A stretch of 64,000 nt of DNA, taken from positions 323,764,001 to 323,828,000 of the forward strand of contig OZ024741.1 of NCBI GenBank assembly GCA_964016885.1, in the 5' to 3' direction. The notes beneath the pieces are model-generated. The model was given only the letters and a program-made list of their open reading frames with translations, searched no databases and was not told the DNA's origin. Made by a program: the position numbers and the translations under genes. The stretch comes from Eledone cirrhosa (Eukaryota). Below are positions 29,241 through 43,755 of the stretch, piece by piece; the stretch's first letter is position 1; every line of letters starts with the position of its first letter.

Positions 29241-29500
29241 AATTAACTGATATAAAAGATACAGAAGCGAAAACCAAACAAACAGTGAGTGTGTTCTGTT
29301 ATTAATTCTGGCAATACAATATTATTACAACAATATGACCCTCCCCAAGTATAACAATATATATATATATGCAAAAGTTCAATTTAAATTGTTGGGATAC
29401 AACAAGCAAATATTATTATAACTGATATAAAGCACTCGACAAATATTTGGAGTAGATATACAGTATTAATAAATGGAAACTATATTTATAAAACCATATT

Positions 29501-29565
29501 TATTTCATTATATATATTTCAAGGATACCAAGTTAAATCATGGTATGCCTTCATCAGACAAAATA
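29501..29565 (-). ncRNA. Type I hammerhead ribozyme motif (family D), with tail 29371-29500 running into (TA)n
   Basis: Minus strand: TATTTTGT-CTGATGA-AGGcATACCA-loop-TGGTATCCTt-GAAAT-ATAT-ATA-ATGAAATA. Stems I and II pair, loop III is palindromic, AUA site. Confidence 0.75.
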
Positions 29566-29920
29566 GAATATATAACAGTTTTACAAATAGATAATTGACA
29601 TACCCTTTCAAAAAGGTGACCGTTGTTTTTGGAGGCCATCCGGATAGTGGTTTGTTTACTTTAGTAAGTCATAGTGTTAAGAGTAAGTAAAAAGATGGAG
29701 AGAGAGAAACGTGGAGAAAAGAAAGGGAAAGATAGATAAAGAAAAAGAAGAAAGCAAAGAGAACAGAGGAAAAATAACGGGGAGATATCAAAACATCAGA
29801 CAGAGAAAGAGCTCAAGAGAGAGATATGCATAGATAGAGAGACGGGGAGAGAACGAAAACCTTAAGTTATGTTATATTAAGTTGAGTTAACAATTGAGAT
29901 GAAATGAATAAATAAAATTA

Positions 29921-30008
<88 letters not shown>

Positions 30009-30268
30009 AGAGAGAGAGAGAGAGATGCTTTGTACGGCTTTTGGAGGAAGGAGTGACCAACAGTACGTTGTTCCGTATTATTACGAAAAGGTGTAGCAGA
30101 GAATCCCGCGTGAAATAACAGCTCGGGAGGAAACTGCTTACCCCGAAGATTCATTCGCCATCGTTCTTGTCAACAATTACTTCGTATTTGTTGGTCTATA
30201 GCTAGATGAATGGCAAGAAGTTTTTTGAATAATAAAAGACGGGTTAAAGCGACCTACAATGTATCTGT

Positions 30269-30326
<58 letters not shown>

Positions 30327-30355
30327 ATGTATGCATATATATATGTGTGTGTATG

Positions 30356-30388
<33 letters not shown>

Positions 30389-30461
30389 ATATATACATAT
30401 ATTTTTATGTGTATATTTATATGTCTGTATATGTGTATATCTATATATGTGTATATGTGTT

Positions 30462-30572
<111 letters not shown>

Positions 30573-31611
30573 GTGTGGGCGTTTATATGTGTACTTTTGC
30601 TGTGGTTTTGTATATATTATTATGTCTGTGTTTTTTAAGTATGTATTCACATATTCTAAAAATTCTCGCATATTTGTTCTCCTGCCATCAGACCATCTCC
30701 CTAATGATCAACCCAGCCAACACACTTTCCTTCTTACTAATGCTCAACTATGAAGGCGACTGGGTTAGTGGCGAGAGTGCTCAGCTTCTTATTATTAGGT
30801 AATGAGTTCGATTCCTAGGCCATGCCCTGCTATATATCCGTTAGCAAGAGACTTTCACTTTGCTTCAGCCACTCAGACGGTTTTGCCTTTCTTTTAGAGT
30901 ATATGGTGTATTTGTATATATATATTTTATATATGAGTTGCCACGACACTGGAAGCAAGCTGTATAGGTCTTTGCTTTTCCTTTGGATGACATCATACAT
31001 AGTGTGTAGAGCGCGTATAGTTTATATATGACTTGCAACAACATTGGTACCAAGGTGTATTAGCGTTTGACGTTTCCTTTGACAACATCGGTAACATACA
31101 AAAGACCTTGCCAAGGCTTGTGCCTTTGAAAGGTGTCAGTCACTCATAACCCATTGCCAATCATGACTAATGGGGGCCCTTATTCTTCCCTGATCAGCTA
31201 AGTCTAATTCCACAGTCCTCACTTTCTACTGCATTAAATACGCGGTGATTCGCTTGTTCTGTGCTGACTCCGTTTGGCAGCAAACAATTCATCTGATACA
31301 TGTTGTTGTACCTCTGACTGGCGTGATTGAGGGTGTCAAACAATCCTTTCGATACTAATCCGACCAAGACTGGTTCTTGTCTCACGAAACAAAGCTACCC
31401 CTTTTAAAGGGTTCCTATTGAAATTAAAATCTTTCATCCCATACTTAAATCTTAACAATGATAAATGATTAAATTTAGTAAATCTCTGAAAATGCTGCAT
31501 TAATTATTTTAAATAGAATATATTTCACTCGAAATACGACCAGAAAATGGTTAACGTAACTTTCTGCGAGGTCCAGCGTAAGCTGTTTGTGACAAGGGTG
31601 GCTCTTAGATT

Positions 31612-31807
31612 CTGACCTGCCAACTCTCTCCGTCCGACGGGGAGATCTCCTACCCGCTTCGGGGTGGTTGAGAGATGGCTTCTCATGCGAAAATGGGTGT
31701 AGCTTTCATTATGTAAAATCTCCCCATTTTGCCTCATTTCTCCCCGTTTGGGGGCACTTTTTTTCATGGTGCTCCCCGTTTTGGGTTTTTAGAGGTTGGC
31801 ATGTCTA
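31612..31807. mobile_element. Possible MITE (hAT-like ends)
   Basis: gacctgccaac ... gttggcatgtc terminal inverted repeats; internal repeated ctcccc motifs. Confidence 0.45.
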
Positions 31808-32368
31808 TAGATTTTACAATTCATTTTTTTTTATAGCTATGTAGTTTGGAGCAACGGTAAATAAAGTGTCTTGATTAAGGACAGTCGCCGGGAATCGAAC
31901 TCACGTACCACTAAGCTAAGCTTCTTTCCCGAAATATCGTAATAAAGAGACTCAGAGAGTAGGGCGTGATTTGAAAGAGATATACCTGCCTACTATATCT
32001 TGCTGACTTGTCAGGATCTTGTTTCAAAAGGAACGAGATGTCATTATAGAGATGAGCTATGAGAATGATGAATGGGGTGTGCCAAGAAGAAACGTTGCCT
32101 CATTCTATTTATTTTCTCCAACATAAACGTCTATGAGTCTTAAGATACCTTTCATTATTTAATCAGCTATCTATATTGCAGCAGTTGCATATGAAACCCT
32201 CAGAATTTGTGTAGAAGCGGAAGAATTTTTCTATTGTGTATATTTATAATGCTAAAAACGTTTGCGAATGAATCTGAAACTCACTTCTATGCCGGCATTC
32301 ACAGAAGTGTTTTACGGATTAAACAAAGGAACGCCATTATTGCGCTGTTTTTGTTTTTTTAAATCTTA

Positions 32369-32456
<88 letters not shown>

Positions 32457-33060
32457 TAATTTATTCTCCTCACCTCTCTCCTGTTATAGCCATATTAAAT
32501 CAAAGATTACATCAGATAATACTTCTCTCTTTCCGGACTTCTATTTATATTTTATTTTTATTCTATTCAGGATGTATAGAGATTTATTTTAGACCTTTAA
32601 CTGTTCTGATGTAAATTGCCTCAGCCGAAGGCAGTGAACTATGTAACACATGTTCATTGAATGCTATGCTTTACTGAAAAAAACTTCATATGATAGGAAA
32701 ATAGGTAGACGTGTGTGTTCTAAGTTGATCACTATACTCAAGTTCGGTTTTAGCCTTTGTTCTCAGTACAAATTTGTTAATGTGCACAGGACCTCAGTCG
32801 ATTCCGACAATAAGCGTTCCAGTTGTTCGAATAATTGTACAGTCTGCTAGTGAAAAGAACATGCAAGTAGCTACGGATTCAACAGATTCGTGCACAAATG
32901 ACGTATTTGTCAGGGAGATTCACGTTAACAATGTGTGATAAGGTTGGCCCTTTCAATTACAGGTGTAAAAAAGAAAGATACGCCATATAGGGAGAGTGGG
33001 GAAGAGAGTATAAGAAATATAGGAAGATATATTTATGTTGAAACGAGAGTACGCACATAC

Positions 33061-33092
<32 letters not shown>

Positions 33093-33553
33093 ACACACAC
33101 ACACATTTATAATCTTCCTAATTTTTTAAAGGATTTGAGAGATGTTGGTTTCTTTTTCTAAATATTTTTAACTTGAGAAAAAGAAACCACACTAACAAAT
33201 TTGTCAATCGAAATATTTATAGATATGTGTGAATACACACATACACATATATGTATGTCTGTATAAGTATATATCCATGTCTGAATAAATATATGTATAC
33301 AAATATATGTTTATCTTTTCTCTTTATTGTCTCACTCGCTCTTGATTACCAACTGTAAGAAGTACTCGATACTTCTCCGAGTCTGTCATGGCTTACAATC
33401 TCTATACAGACGTTTAAATTGAATAAATAAATAAATATATACGTGTGGCAAATACAACATTTTCGCCGCCATTCACCGTTGCTAGCACGTGCGCACATTA
33501 CCAGGTGGATGACATGTGGATCATGCATTTTATATATTTTAAATATATATGCA

Positions 33554-33612
<59 letters not shown>

Positions 33613-33907
33613 ATGTATATATATATATATATATTGACTTGATATTTTTCCTCTTTACGTTGCTTCACCCTTCGTGTCTGTTTTCATTTTTTCTCTCTGC
33701 CCCCTTTTTTTATCCCAATAACTTATTTTAGCTATCGCTCGCCCTTGGCTGAGGTACCTTGTCTCTAACGCGAAAAAATACCTATGATTATTAGCAGACA
33801 ACTGACGATGGATATTACCCTCTTTCGGCGGTAACTTGTAAATAAATAAATAAAGAAAGAAATAAAGAAAGAAATCATTATATATATATATATACACACA
33901 AATACAT

Positions 33908-33979
<72 letters not shown>

Positions 33980-34136
33980 ATGTATTTGTGTATATAGCAT
34001 GCATATGCTTGATGTGTATGTGCGACTATGTGAGAGTAACAAGACTCACACGCCTTAATAAAATGAACATTTTAAACTCTACTTCGTATTGAGTACTCTT
34101 TTCTCTCAGCCGTCAACAACATACGAACAGACACAG

Positions 34137-34180
<44 letters not shown>

Positions 34181-34181
<1 letters not shown>

Positions 34182-35016
34182 CGGGGTAACAGATTATTGT
34201 TATAGGTAGTCCACTTAAGTGTAGTCCAGTTATGGTACTCCGAGTAGTGGATGATATCAACGCTTGGCTAAGTTTGACTCAACAAAGGCGTTTCCATAGT
34301 GATGCTGCGAGTACGCGGTAATTTCTATGTTGTAAACACTTGGAGTTATGATAAATCAGGAAAGAAGAGTAACACGGTTTGCTATACAAAAAAGATTTTT
34401 AATCTCATTGCTGACAGTTGTTTCTCTGAGCTGGCAGGTCTAGAGATCGCTACCCGCTTGTTTTCACGTCATTCGATCACCAATACATAGTTGTAACCAG
34501 TCAATTCATCGGAGCTTGAGAGAATGAAAGGAATATACAGGCATGGCTACTATATATAGTAGTAATGGCATTCAATCAGAACAATAACAACAATACTAAC
34601 AATTCTAGCAATAAATTATTTGAAATAATCACATCAATCGAGGTGAGAAATATAGTATATCTACGAATTTAGCGTGTAAAAGTAGCTGACATGAGGCAGA
34701 TGTATAAAATTGACATGTAAAAGCTGTCATGGGGTGTATTATATATAGTGTAAAGAGAAGCCGGTGGCTTTAAACAATGAACCATTTCCTTTACTGTAGG
34801 TCTGGTGGCCGTAAGAATCATTTATTATCTGACAGATGAAAAATTTATCACTGTAGTGAGGATAGTAATATTTGTGGTGTTAGGTTCAATATTTATGTGG
34901 TCTATGTTAGATGAAGGGGTTGTTTAGCTTTCACATCATCAATAACATACATGTATAAGTCAACATTAACAGAGTAGCAATATAATAGGTAAGTGTTACT
35001 ACAGAGGTTAAGGAGG

Positions 35017-35083
<67 letters not shown>

Positions 35084-35668
35084 CATATATATATAAAGAG
35101 AAAACATGCTGACTACAATTATAACAGGAGGAAGGTAATGTTCTGCTGTAGTAGTATTTTGAAATGTTCTTGGATTTTGGTTCATTTGTTGAGTCAAGGG
35201 TGAGGAAGTTGTGTTGACAGCAGCTGAGAAGGGATATATTTATGGGTTGATAAGGTACTTACAGACATTACTGTGGTATATAATTAAGGAGGCTAGAATG
35301 TACTTAATGATTATATTTCTGTGGCGGTTCGTGCAATATAGTGGGTATCCTAAGTTGAAAGCTAAGTTACGTCGGTTCGATTCATGGAGGCTTAAATCTT
35401 GTGAATTTAGTGGCGATCCTGTGTCTGCAGAAGATTGATCTTTCTAACTTGTTGTTGAGTAGCCTTTTTACATTCCTTAGGATATATAGTCATTCTAGAT
35501 CACAGAGCCTACAGTGAGACATACTACAGTGACACAACTATGTATTGGTGATCGAATGACGTGAAAACAAACGGGTAGCCATCTCTAGACGTACCAGTTC
35601 AGAGAAACAATTGTCAGCAATGAGATTAAAAACCTTTTTTGTATAGCAAACCGTGTCACTCTTCTTTC

Positions 35669-35673
<5 letters not shown>
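34181..35673 (-). mobile_element. 5'-truncated sister copy of the Naiad-like element with inverted partial pLTR
   Basis: 34350-35525 matches 2904-4066; 34181-34350 is the reverse complement of 6600-6770; 35533-35673 is an inverted pLTR piece; (TA)n on both sides. Confidence 0.9.
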
Positions 35674-35727
<54 letters not shown>

Positions 35728-35955
35728 GTACATGTGTGTGTATAATTTCAGATGTACCAACGCGGTAAGGAAGTACTCAATACTCAAATACACATAACTT
35801 CAAAGCCCTAAAATAAGTAAATATATCTCAATCGATAGACGAAGACAACACACACACACACATAAAGACACAGTCGCATGCTATATACATAAATACATAC
35901 TTCATATATAAATATATATATATTTATATCATATATATATATATACAAGTGGAAG

Positions 35956-36003
<48 letters not shown>

Positions 36004-36009
<6 letters not shown>

Positions 36010-36714
36010 AATAATGGAGCTGCGGCGCTGCAAATGGGTTACATATGAAAAAGTTTGTCCTCATCAGTGGCCTTCCAACCGTCGTAGGCATTTCGTCGCA
36101 TTAAAGGCCATACACCTCAGATTGGTGCGAGCAACGGCTAAAAAAAAGTCGTTGGGACACGTAAATAAAGGGGACGCTAGGGTAAACAGACAAAATGGTT
36201 TAAGCAACAGAAAGTGATGAAGAAGAAAGAAACAAGTCCCAGATTTCTATGAATATAAATTCGGTGGAATCGTGAACGAGAGAATAAAGACCATCAAACC
36301 TGGTTGAAATGTGAGCAAGGAAGAAATTTCGCACAGGTCTAACGGGAGGAAGAAGGGGTCTGATCTGCGAATTCGGTAAACATAAGTTCTGTGAAGTCGC
36401 AGACGAGAGAGAGAGAAAATAATTCATACCGGCTTGGCCAAGTGTCCGCGAGAAAAGGATTACGGACAGGTCAAACGGAAAGAAAGTGGAGGAGGAGAGG
36501 TAGTGACAGAGAGTGAGTGAGTGAAAGGTGAGGAAGAGGCTAACAGAGAGAGAGAGAGACTGCTAGAAAGGGTAAAGACACAAAGAACGAAACAGACTGG
36601 TGGCAGCGGAGGAAAAAATATATGTGTAAATATGATAATAATGGAGCTGCGGCGCTGCAAATGGGTTACATATGAAAAAGTTTGTCCTCATCAGTGGCCA
36701 CTGATGCGGACAAA

Positions 36715-36720
<6 letters not shown>
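36004..36720 (-). mobile_element. Element with direct terminal repeat (36004-36072 and 36630-36699) and a short fold-back
   Basis: atgataataatggagctgcgg...gtcctcatcagtggcc occurs twice; the second copy folds back as actgatgcggacaaacttt; (TA)n on both sides. Confidence 0.7.
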
Positions 36721-36757
<37 letters not shown>

Positions 36758-36776
36758 ATCGTCTTTTTCTCCCTGT

Positions 36777-36823
<47 letters not shown>

Positions 36824-37234
36824 GTAATTAGGAGTATTCCAAAGCATATATATATATATATATATATATATTATTTATACTCCAGTCCTATAAACTGTTG
36901 AGTGCTACTTATCCGATATTTGCATTGCTTTATTGTGCTACAATAAAACTCACCTCCTACATATATATACATATATGTACTTCACATTACACACACACAC
37001 ACACACACAGACACACACGCACAGACATACACAACACACACAGACACACACACGCACACACACAGACACACACGCAACTACAGAAATGTTAAACTCTGCC
37101 AGATCAAACTGAAATTAAGACATCAAACGGAACTTTCATAATCGATTAGTTGGGGCTTCCTTTTCTTTATCGATTAGTTACGTCTACTACCATAGTTAAA
37201 TAGACACTACATGCCCTACTGTACACTTTGGTAG

Positions 37235-37643
37235 TTTATGTTGTTGTTGCTGCTATAGTAATTGTATGATGATGTGCTTGTTGTTGTTGCTGCTGATATT
37301 GGTGCTGTTGCTGTTATTGATGATGTTGTTGTGGTCAATGTTGTGAACTCTTTATTGTTGCTATGGCTGATATTTTTGATGTTGTTGTTGTGGTTGTTGT
37401 GGTTGTTGTTACTGTTGATGTTGTTACTGTTGTTGTGGTTGTTGATGTTGTTGATGTTGTTGATGTTGTTGTTGTTGTTGGTGGTGGTGTTGTTGTTACT
37501 GTTGTTGTTGTTGATGTTGTTACTGTTGTTGTTGTTGTTGTTGTTATTGTTGTTGTAGTTGTTGTTGTTGGTGGTGTTGTTGTTGTTACTGTTGTTGTTG
37601 TTGATGTTGTTACTGTTGTTGTTGTTGTTGTTGTTGTTGATGA

Positions 37644-37676
<33 letters not shown>

Positions 37677-37751
37677 TGGTGTTGATGTTGTTACTGTTGT
37701 TGTTGTTGTTGTTGATGTTGTTATTGTTGTTGTAGTTGTTGTTGTTGATGG

Positions 37752-37792
<41 letters not shown>

Positions 37793-37867
37793 GTGTTGAT
37801 GTTGTTACTGTTGTTACTGTTGTTGTTGTTGATGGTGTTGATGTTGTTGTTGTTGATGTTGTTACTC

Positions 37868-37903
<36 letters not shown>

Positions 37904-37988
37904 ATGTTGTTACTGTTGTTGTTGTTGTTGATGCTGTTACTGTTGTTGTTGTTGTTGATGTTGTTGTTTATGTTGTTGATGTTGTTAC

Positions 37989-38020
<32 letters not shown>

Positions 38021-38054
38021 ATGTTGTTGATGTTGTTGATGTTGATGCTGTTGA

Positions 38055-38091
<37 letters not shown>

Positions 38092-38177
38092 GATGTTGAT
38101 GTTGTTGTTGATGTTGTTACTGTTGTTGTTGATGTTGTTACTGTTGTGGTTGTTAATGTTTTTTTTGTTGTTGTTAC

Positions 38178-38215
<38 letters not shown>

Positions 38216-38970
38216 ATGTTGTTACTGTTGTTGTTGTTGTTGTTGTTGTTGATGTTGGTGATGTTGTTGATGTTGATGTTGTTGATGTTGTTGTTGTTGT
38301 TGTTCATGTTGTTGTTGATGTTGTTACTGTTGTTGTTGGTGTTGTTGTTGTTGATGTTGTTACTGTTGTTGTTGTTGATGTTGTTACTGTTGTTGTTTTT
38401 GATGTTGTTACTGTTGTTGTTGATGTTGTTACTGTTGTTGTGGTTGTTAATGTTTTTGTTGTTGTTGTTACTGTTGTTGTGGTTGTTAATGTTGTTGTTG
38501 CTGTTGATATTAATGCTGATGATGATGTTGATGTTTATGTTGTGATTAATGTCATGTACTCTTTGTTGTTGTTACTGTGCTTATGTTGTTGTTGTTAATA
38601 TTGTAGTTGATGTTGATGTTTTTGATGTTACTGTTGTGATTGTTATGGTTGATATTGTTGATGTTATCGTTGTGGTCGATATATTTGATGTTATGGTGGT
38701 TTTTCTTGTTTTGTTGTGACTGGTGTTGTTGTTGATATCGTTGTTGTTGTTGTTGTTGTTGTTGTTGTTGAAATTGTGGTTGATGTTGTCATTGATGTGT
38801 AATATGTGTTATGGTTACTCGTGTTATGTTATTATTCTGGTCGATAATGATGTTGTTGGTACTATTGTTCTTGATGTTAATGTTGTGGTAGTTATTGCTA
38901 TTGTTACTGGAGTTGTTTGATGCTTTTGTTAGCAAAGATATTGTTGATGTTGTGGTTGTAGTTGTTACGT
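37235..38970. repeat. Degenerate (GTT)n/(AAC)n array of about 1.7 kb with GAT and ACT variant units
   Basis: Directly visible; source of the poly-N/V/L ORFs. Confidence 0.95.
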
Positions 38971-39617
38971 TGACGCAGCCTGTTTGAATGGTTAAGAAGT
39001 TCGCTTCACAAACATTACGTCCTAGGTTTAGCACCACTCTTTGCTATCTTGGACAAATGGGAATTAACATAGCAACAAGTCAACCCAAATCTTGTAACTG
39101 AAAGGAGCAAATTTTCCACAGACACTGTGTCATAGTGGATTTCTCTAAGAATTACGCTAAGGATACACTTATCTGTGGGATGACGTTAAATTCAAGGGGA
39201 GAAAGCTGTTCCTTAGATCGAACGACTGTATACTTATCGTCGAAACCGACGGATGTACATTCCATTCCATTGAACTGATTAAAAGAAAAAAGTAGTGGAA
39301 GGTAACAGTTTGAAATAAAAGATTGAATGGGCAAAATTAGGATGACTTTGACAATTGGTCAACTGGATCAGGATAGACTTGTGGCTAAACAACAATAACA
39401 GCATCCACAACAGAGAAAAATAATATTCTTTTAATTATTCATTTTGTCACTTTGACTGCGGCTATACTGGAGCAAAATTTTGCAGCGAGTTTCGTGGAAC
39501 AAATAGATATTATGAACTATGGTATTTATTTGATCGATCCCGTTTAATCGAACTGAACATTTAGGTGGCATTACCACAAGCATGGCCATAAACCTAAACA
39601 TAGGAATGATTATGGAA

Positions 39618-40009
<392 letters not shown>

Positions 40010-40579
40010 TAATCGCTGATTAACTACACACATGTTTTCCACCTGGAAAGTTTTTCACCATTCCATTCTTTTCTTATTTACGCGTGTCTCCCTATTCTCT
40101 TTCATTCTAACCTCCGATGAAGAGCGAACGCCCGAAATGTTAAGACATGTTTCATACTATATCAATTATTAAACTAATATACGTAATTCTTGTATTGTAT
40201 TGTATTGATTTTCTTTTTGACCTTTCACGCACTCACACAGAAACAAACATACACATGCACACCCCCCTCTCCCCCCACATATATATATATATGCGTAGTT
40301 ATACACGTCAGTCTTCTGCATTTTCTGTCACTTCACTTATAAGGTATTGGTCGACCCGAGGTTAAAACACTTAGGCACACATCAAGAGTGATGTCGACAC
40401 TTCGTAATCACGTGTTCTTAAAATGACAGCACAATTAGGGTAATAAATATCTGTACACCACAACTTGTTCAATGGCCTGAGTCCTCCTTCAGCTTTGGAT
40501 ATTCTTTCCCATATCCATACATACATACACACACACACAAATACACACATATATACTGTATGTATATATATATAAAGCG

Positions 40580-40764
40580 TCAGGACCCCGACGGCTGAGA
40601 TCCGGCCGTTTCGACAGCTAAATCCGAACGTTCGGATCTAGCTGTTGAAACGGCCGGAGCTCAGCCGTCGGAGGCCTGACTAGTCCTAATTACCCACTCT
40701 ACTACCCTACGAATCGAGTACTCTGGTGCATCATGGTCCACCTGGTTCATTAGCACACTTTCTT

Positions 40765-40767
<3 letters not shown>
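40580..40767 (+). mobile_element. Family A fold-back mini-element, diverged subfamily
   Basis: Hairpin centred on ccgaacgttcgg; GAAACGGC-cggagctca-GCCGTC; homologous tail. Confidence 0.8.
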
Positions 40768-40853
<86 letters not shown>

Positions 40854-40857
<4 letters not shown>

Positions 40858-41312
40858 CAAAATAACAGGAGGCATGTTCTTGTGTATATGCTTGAAAGGT
40901 TTATTTTACTATGATCATTTCAATGACCGGGTTCATTATGAATCCAGTAACATCATCAGGTTATTCAAAATATAACGAAGGAATATATCAGATAAAAATC
41001 TTTGGTGTTTAAATCAGAGACAAGAGGGCGGCCGGTATTTTAGCGACTTCGTTATATTTTGAATTACCTGATGATGTCACCGGATTCATACTAAACCTGG
41101 TCATTGAAATGATCATAGTAAAATAAACCTTTCAAGGATTTACACCAGAACATACCTCCTGTTATTTTGTAATAATCAACTCCGTACTCGCACCACCAAC
41201 TACACAAACGAAGACGGGTGGTTGCATTACGTTGAGTGCTTTCAATAACATTACATCGTGGCTGACCACACAGAATGACCAGTTCTATCAAGTGGTGAAC
41301 CAACAAAGCCAA
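40854..41312 (+). mobile_element. Fold-back element with a hammerhead motif in each arm (plus-strand motif 41055-41125)
   Basis: Arms 40854-40980 and 41047-41173. TTAC-CTGATGA...GAAAT-GATC-ATA-GTAA with palindromic loop III. Tail runs to (TA)n. Confidence 0.75.
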
Positions 41313-41339
41313 ATTATATATATATATATATATATAATT

Positions 41340-41375
<36 letters not shown>

Positions 41376-41423
41376 GAAAGGTATAGAAATTGTTTTTGCG
41401 AGAAGCTAATAGTATTCTATAAC

Positions 41424-41463
<40 letters not shown>

Positions 41464-41504
41464 ATGTGTGTGTGTGTGTGTGTGTGTGCGTGTATGTGTG
41501 TGTA

Positions 41505-41535
<31 letters not shown>

Positions 41536-41693
41536 ATTTAAATCTGTGGGTGTGTGTAAATATATGTCCTTATATATATATGTATATATATGTATATACA
41601 TTTATGCGCATATGTATAAGTACATATAAATATATATGCAAATATATACATATATATATATGTATATGTATATATATATATGTATATGTATTT

Positions 41694-41780
<87 letters not shown>

Positions 41781-41785
<5 letters not shown>

Positions 41786-42055
41786 GTTTGTATATGTATG
41801 ATAAAGCCAAAACAATGCAGGTATGGACATAGAATAAAGAATGCAAATGCAAAAGATTTTGTTGACAAATGGTGGTTATCTCGAAAATTAAGGACATTTA
41901 AATAAATCTAAGGTAAAAGACTAATTGTCAACAATATCTTTTGCATTTGCATACTTTATTCTATGTCTATACCTGCATTGTTTTGGCTTTATTATACATA
42001 TACAAACGTTTATACCTCATTACACAATACTTCAAGTGAACTATAACCTCCTCTA
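41781..42055 (+). mobile_element. Fold-back element (arms of about 88 bp) plus tail, between (TA)n tracts
   Basis: 41781-41868 is the reverse complement of 41925-42012. Confidence 0.75.
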
Positions 42056-42074
42056 TTTATATATATATATACAA

Positions 42075-42195
<121 letters not shown>

Positions 42196-42214
42196 CATAT
42201 CTATATCTATATAC

Positions 42215-42251
<37 letters not shown>

Positions 42252-42348
42252 CATACATGTAGATAAACAGATAAATTTAAACAGAATATTTATATAGATA
42301 ATATATAGATAAAAATGTGTATATATTATTATGTTTCTGGGTGGTCAT

Positions 42349-42677
<329 letters not shown>

Positions 42678-42682
<5 letters not shown>

Positions 42683-43195
42683 CAAAGATTAGTATGGGTC
42701 ATTGAATACTCAATGAATTCAATTTTACAATTTTACAATAGATTAGAAGCACTCATCAATGAAAAGTTTTCATGGAGTTTTTAATATTATTCAAAATATT
42801 AACAAATGAAAAATATTCTCATAATCAAAATATATACTTTATTACATATATTTCAGAGGTACTGAGTTGTTTATCACTACGTCCTCATCAGACAAAATAT
42901 ATGATTTCATATATAACACACCACTACGGTCTTGATTGTTCAATTCCAGTATTGGCAGTACTGGAATTGAACAATCAAGACCGTAGTGATGTGTCATATA
43001 TGAAATCATATATTTTGTCTGATGAGGACGTAGTGATAAACAACTCAGTACCTCTGAAATATATGTAATAAAGTATATATTTTGATTATGAGAATATTTT
43101 TCATTTGTTAATATTTTGAATAATATTAAAAACTCCATGAAAACTTTTCATTGTTGAGTGCTTCTAATCTATTGTAAAATTGTAAAATTGAATTG
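42678..43195 (-). mobile_element. Large fold-back element (arms of about 235 bp, centre near 42954) with a hammerhead motif per arm (plus-strand motif 43009-43077)
   Basis: Near-identical 98-aa ORFs on opposite strands reflect the palindrome. TATATTTTGT-CTGATGA-gg...cct-GAAAT-ATAT-GTA-ATAAAGTATA. Confidence 0.8.
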
Positions 43196-43211
43196 TTAAT
43201 ATTTTGAATAA

Positions 43212-43285
<74 letters not shown>

Positions 43286-43289
<4 letters not shown>

Positions 43290-43408
43290 TTCAAATCCAG
43301 CTACGGTTAACTTTGCCTTTCATCCTTACGGGGTCGATAAAATAAAGCACCAGTAATGCACTGGGTCGATTTAATGGACTCCCCCTCAAATTCTACCTAT
43401 ACTAGAAA

Positions 43409-43412
<4 letters not shown>
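43286..43412 (+). mobile_element. MESC-type SINE (5'-truncated) ending in (TTA)n
   Basis: gagttcaaatcc...ctttgcctttcatccttacggggtcgataaaataaag. Confidence 0.75.
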
Positions 43413-43471
<59 letters not shown>

Positions 43472-43472
<1 letters not shown>

Positions 43473-43712
43473 CCTGGGAGAGGGCACTTGCCTTGGTGTC
43501 AGGGTCAATGTGGCCTTTTACTGGGCTTTCTCCACAAATGTCCCTCCGAAGTCTCCCCCCTATTGGGGAATTTTTCATTGTTATTTTTTTTGTTACATCC
43601 TCTGTTTTGGTTTTTTACACGCAGAAATGCCCATTTGTACCGCCCTGCATTGTCCTGCACTGTCCTTAATGTCTACTTTATGTAAACCCTTGTGGTTAAT
43701 AAAGAAATCATT
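43472..43712 (+). mobile_element. Probable 3' UTR fragment of a LINE inside (TTA)n
   Basis: Ends tgtaaacccttgtggttaataaagaaatc, resembling the end of the 56.5-58.9 kb element; TTA repeats on both sides. Confidence 0.4.
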
Positions 43713-43755
43713 ATTATCCTTATTATTATCCTTATTATTATTATCCTTATTATTG

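Noticed and set aside
42772-43138. Pair of near-identical 98-aa ORFs on opposite strands as duplicated genes
   Set aside because: A by-product of the DNA palindrome.
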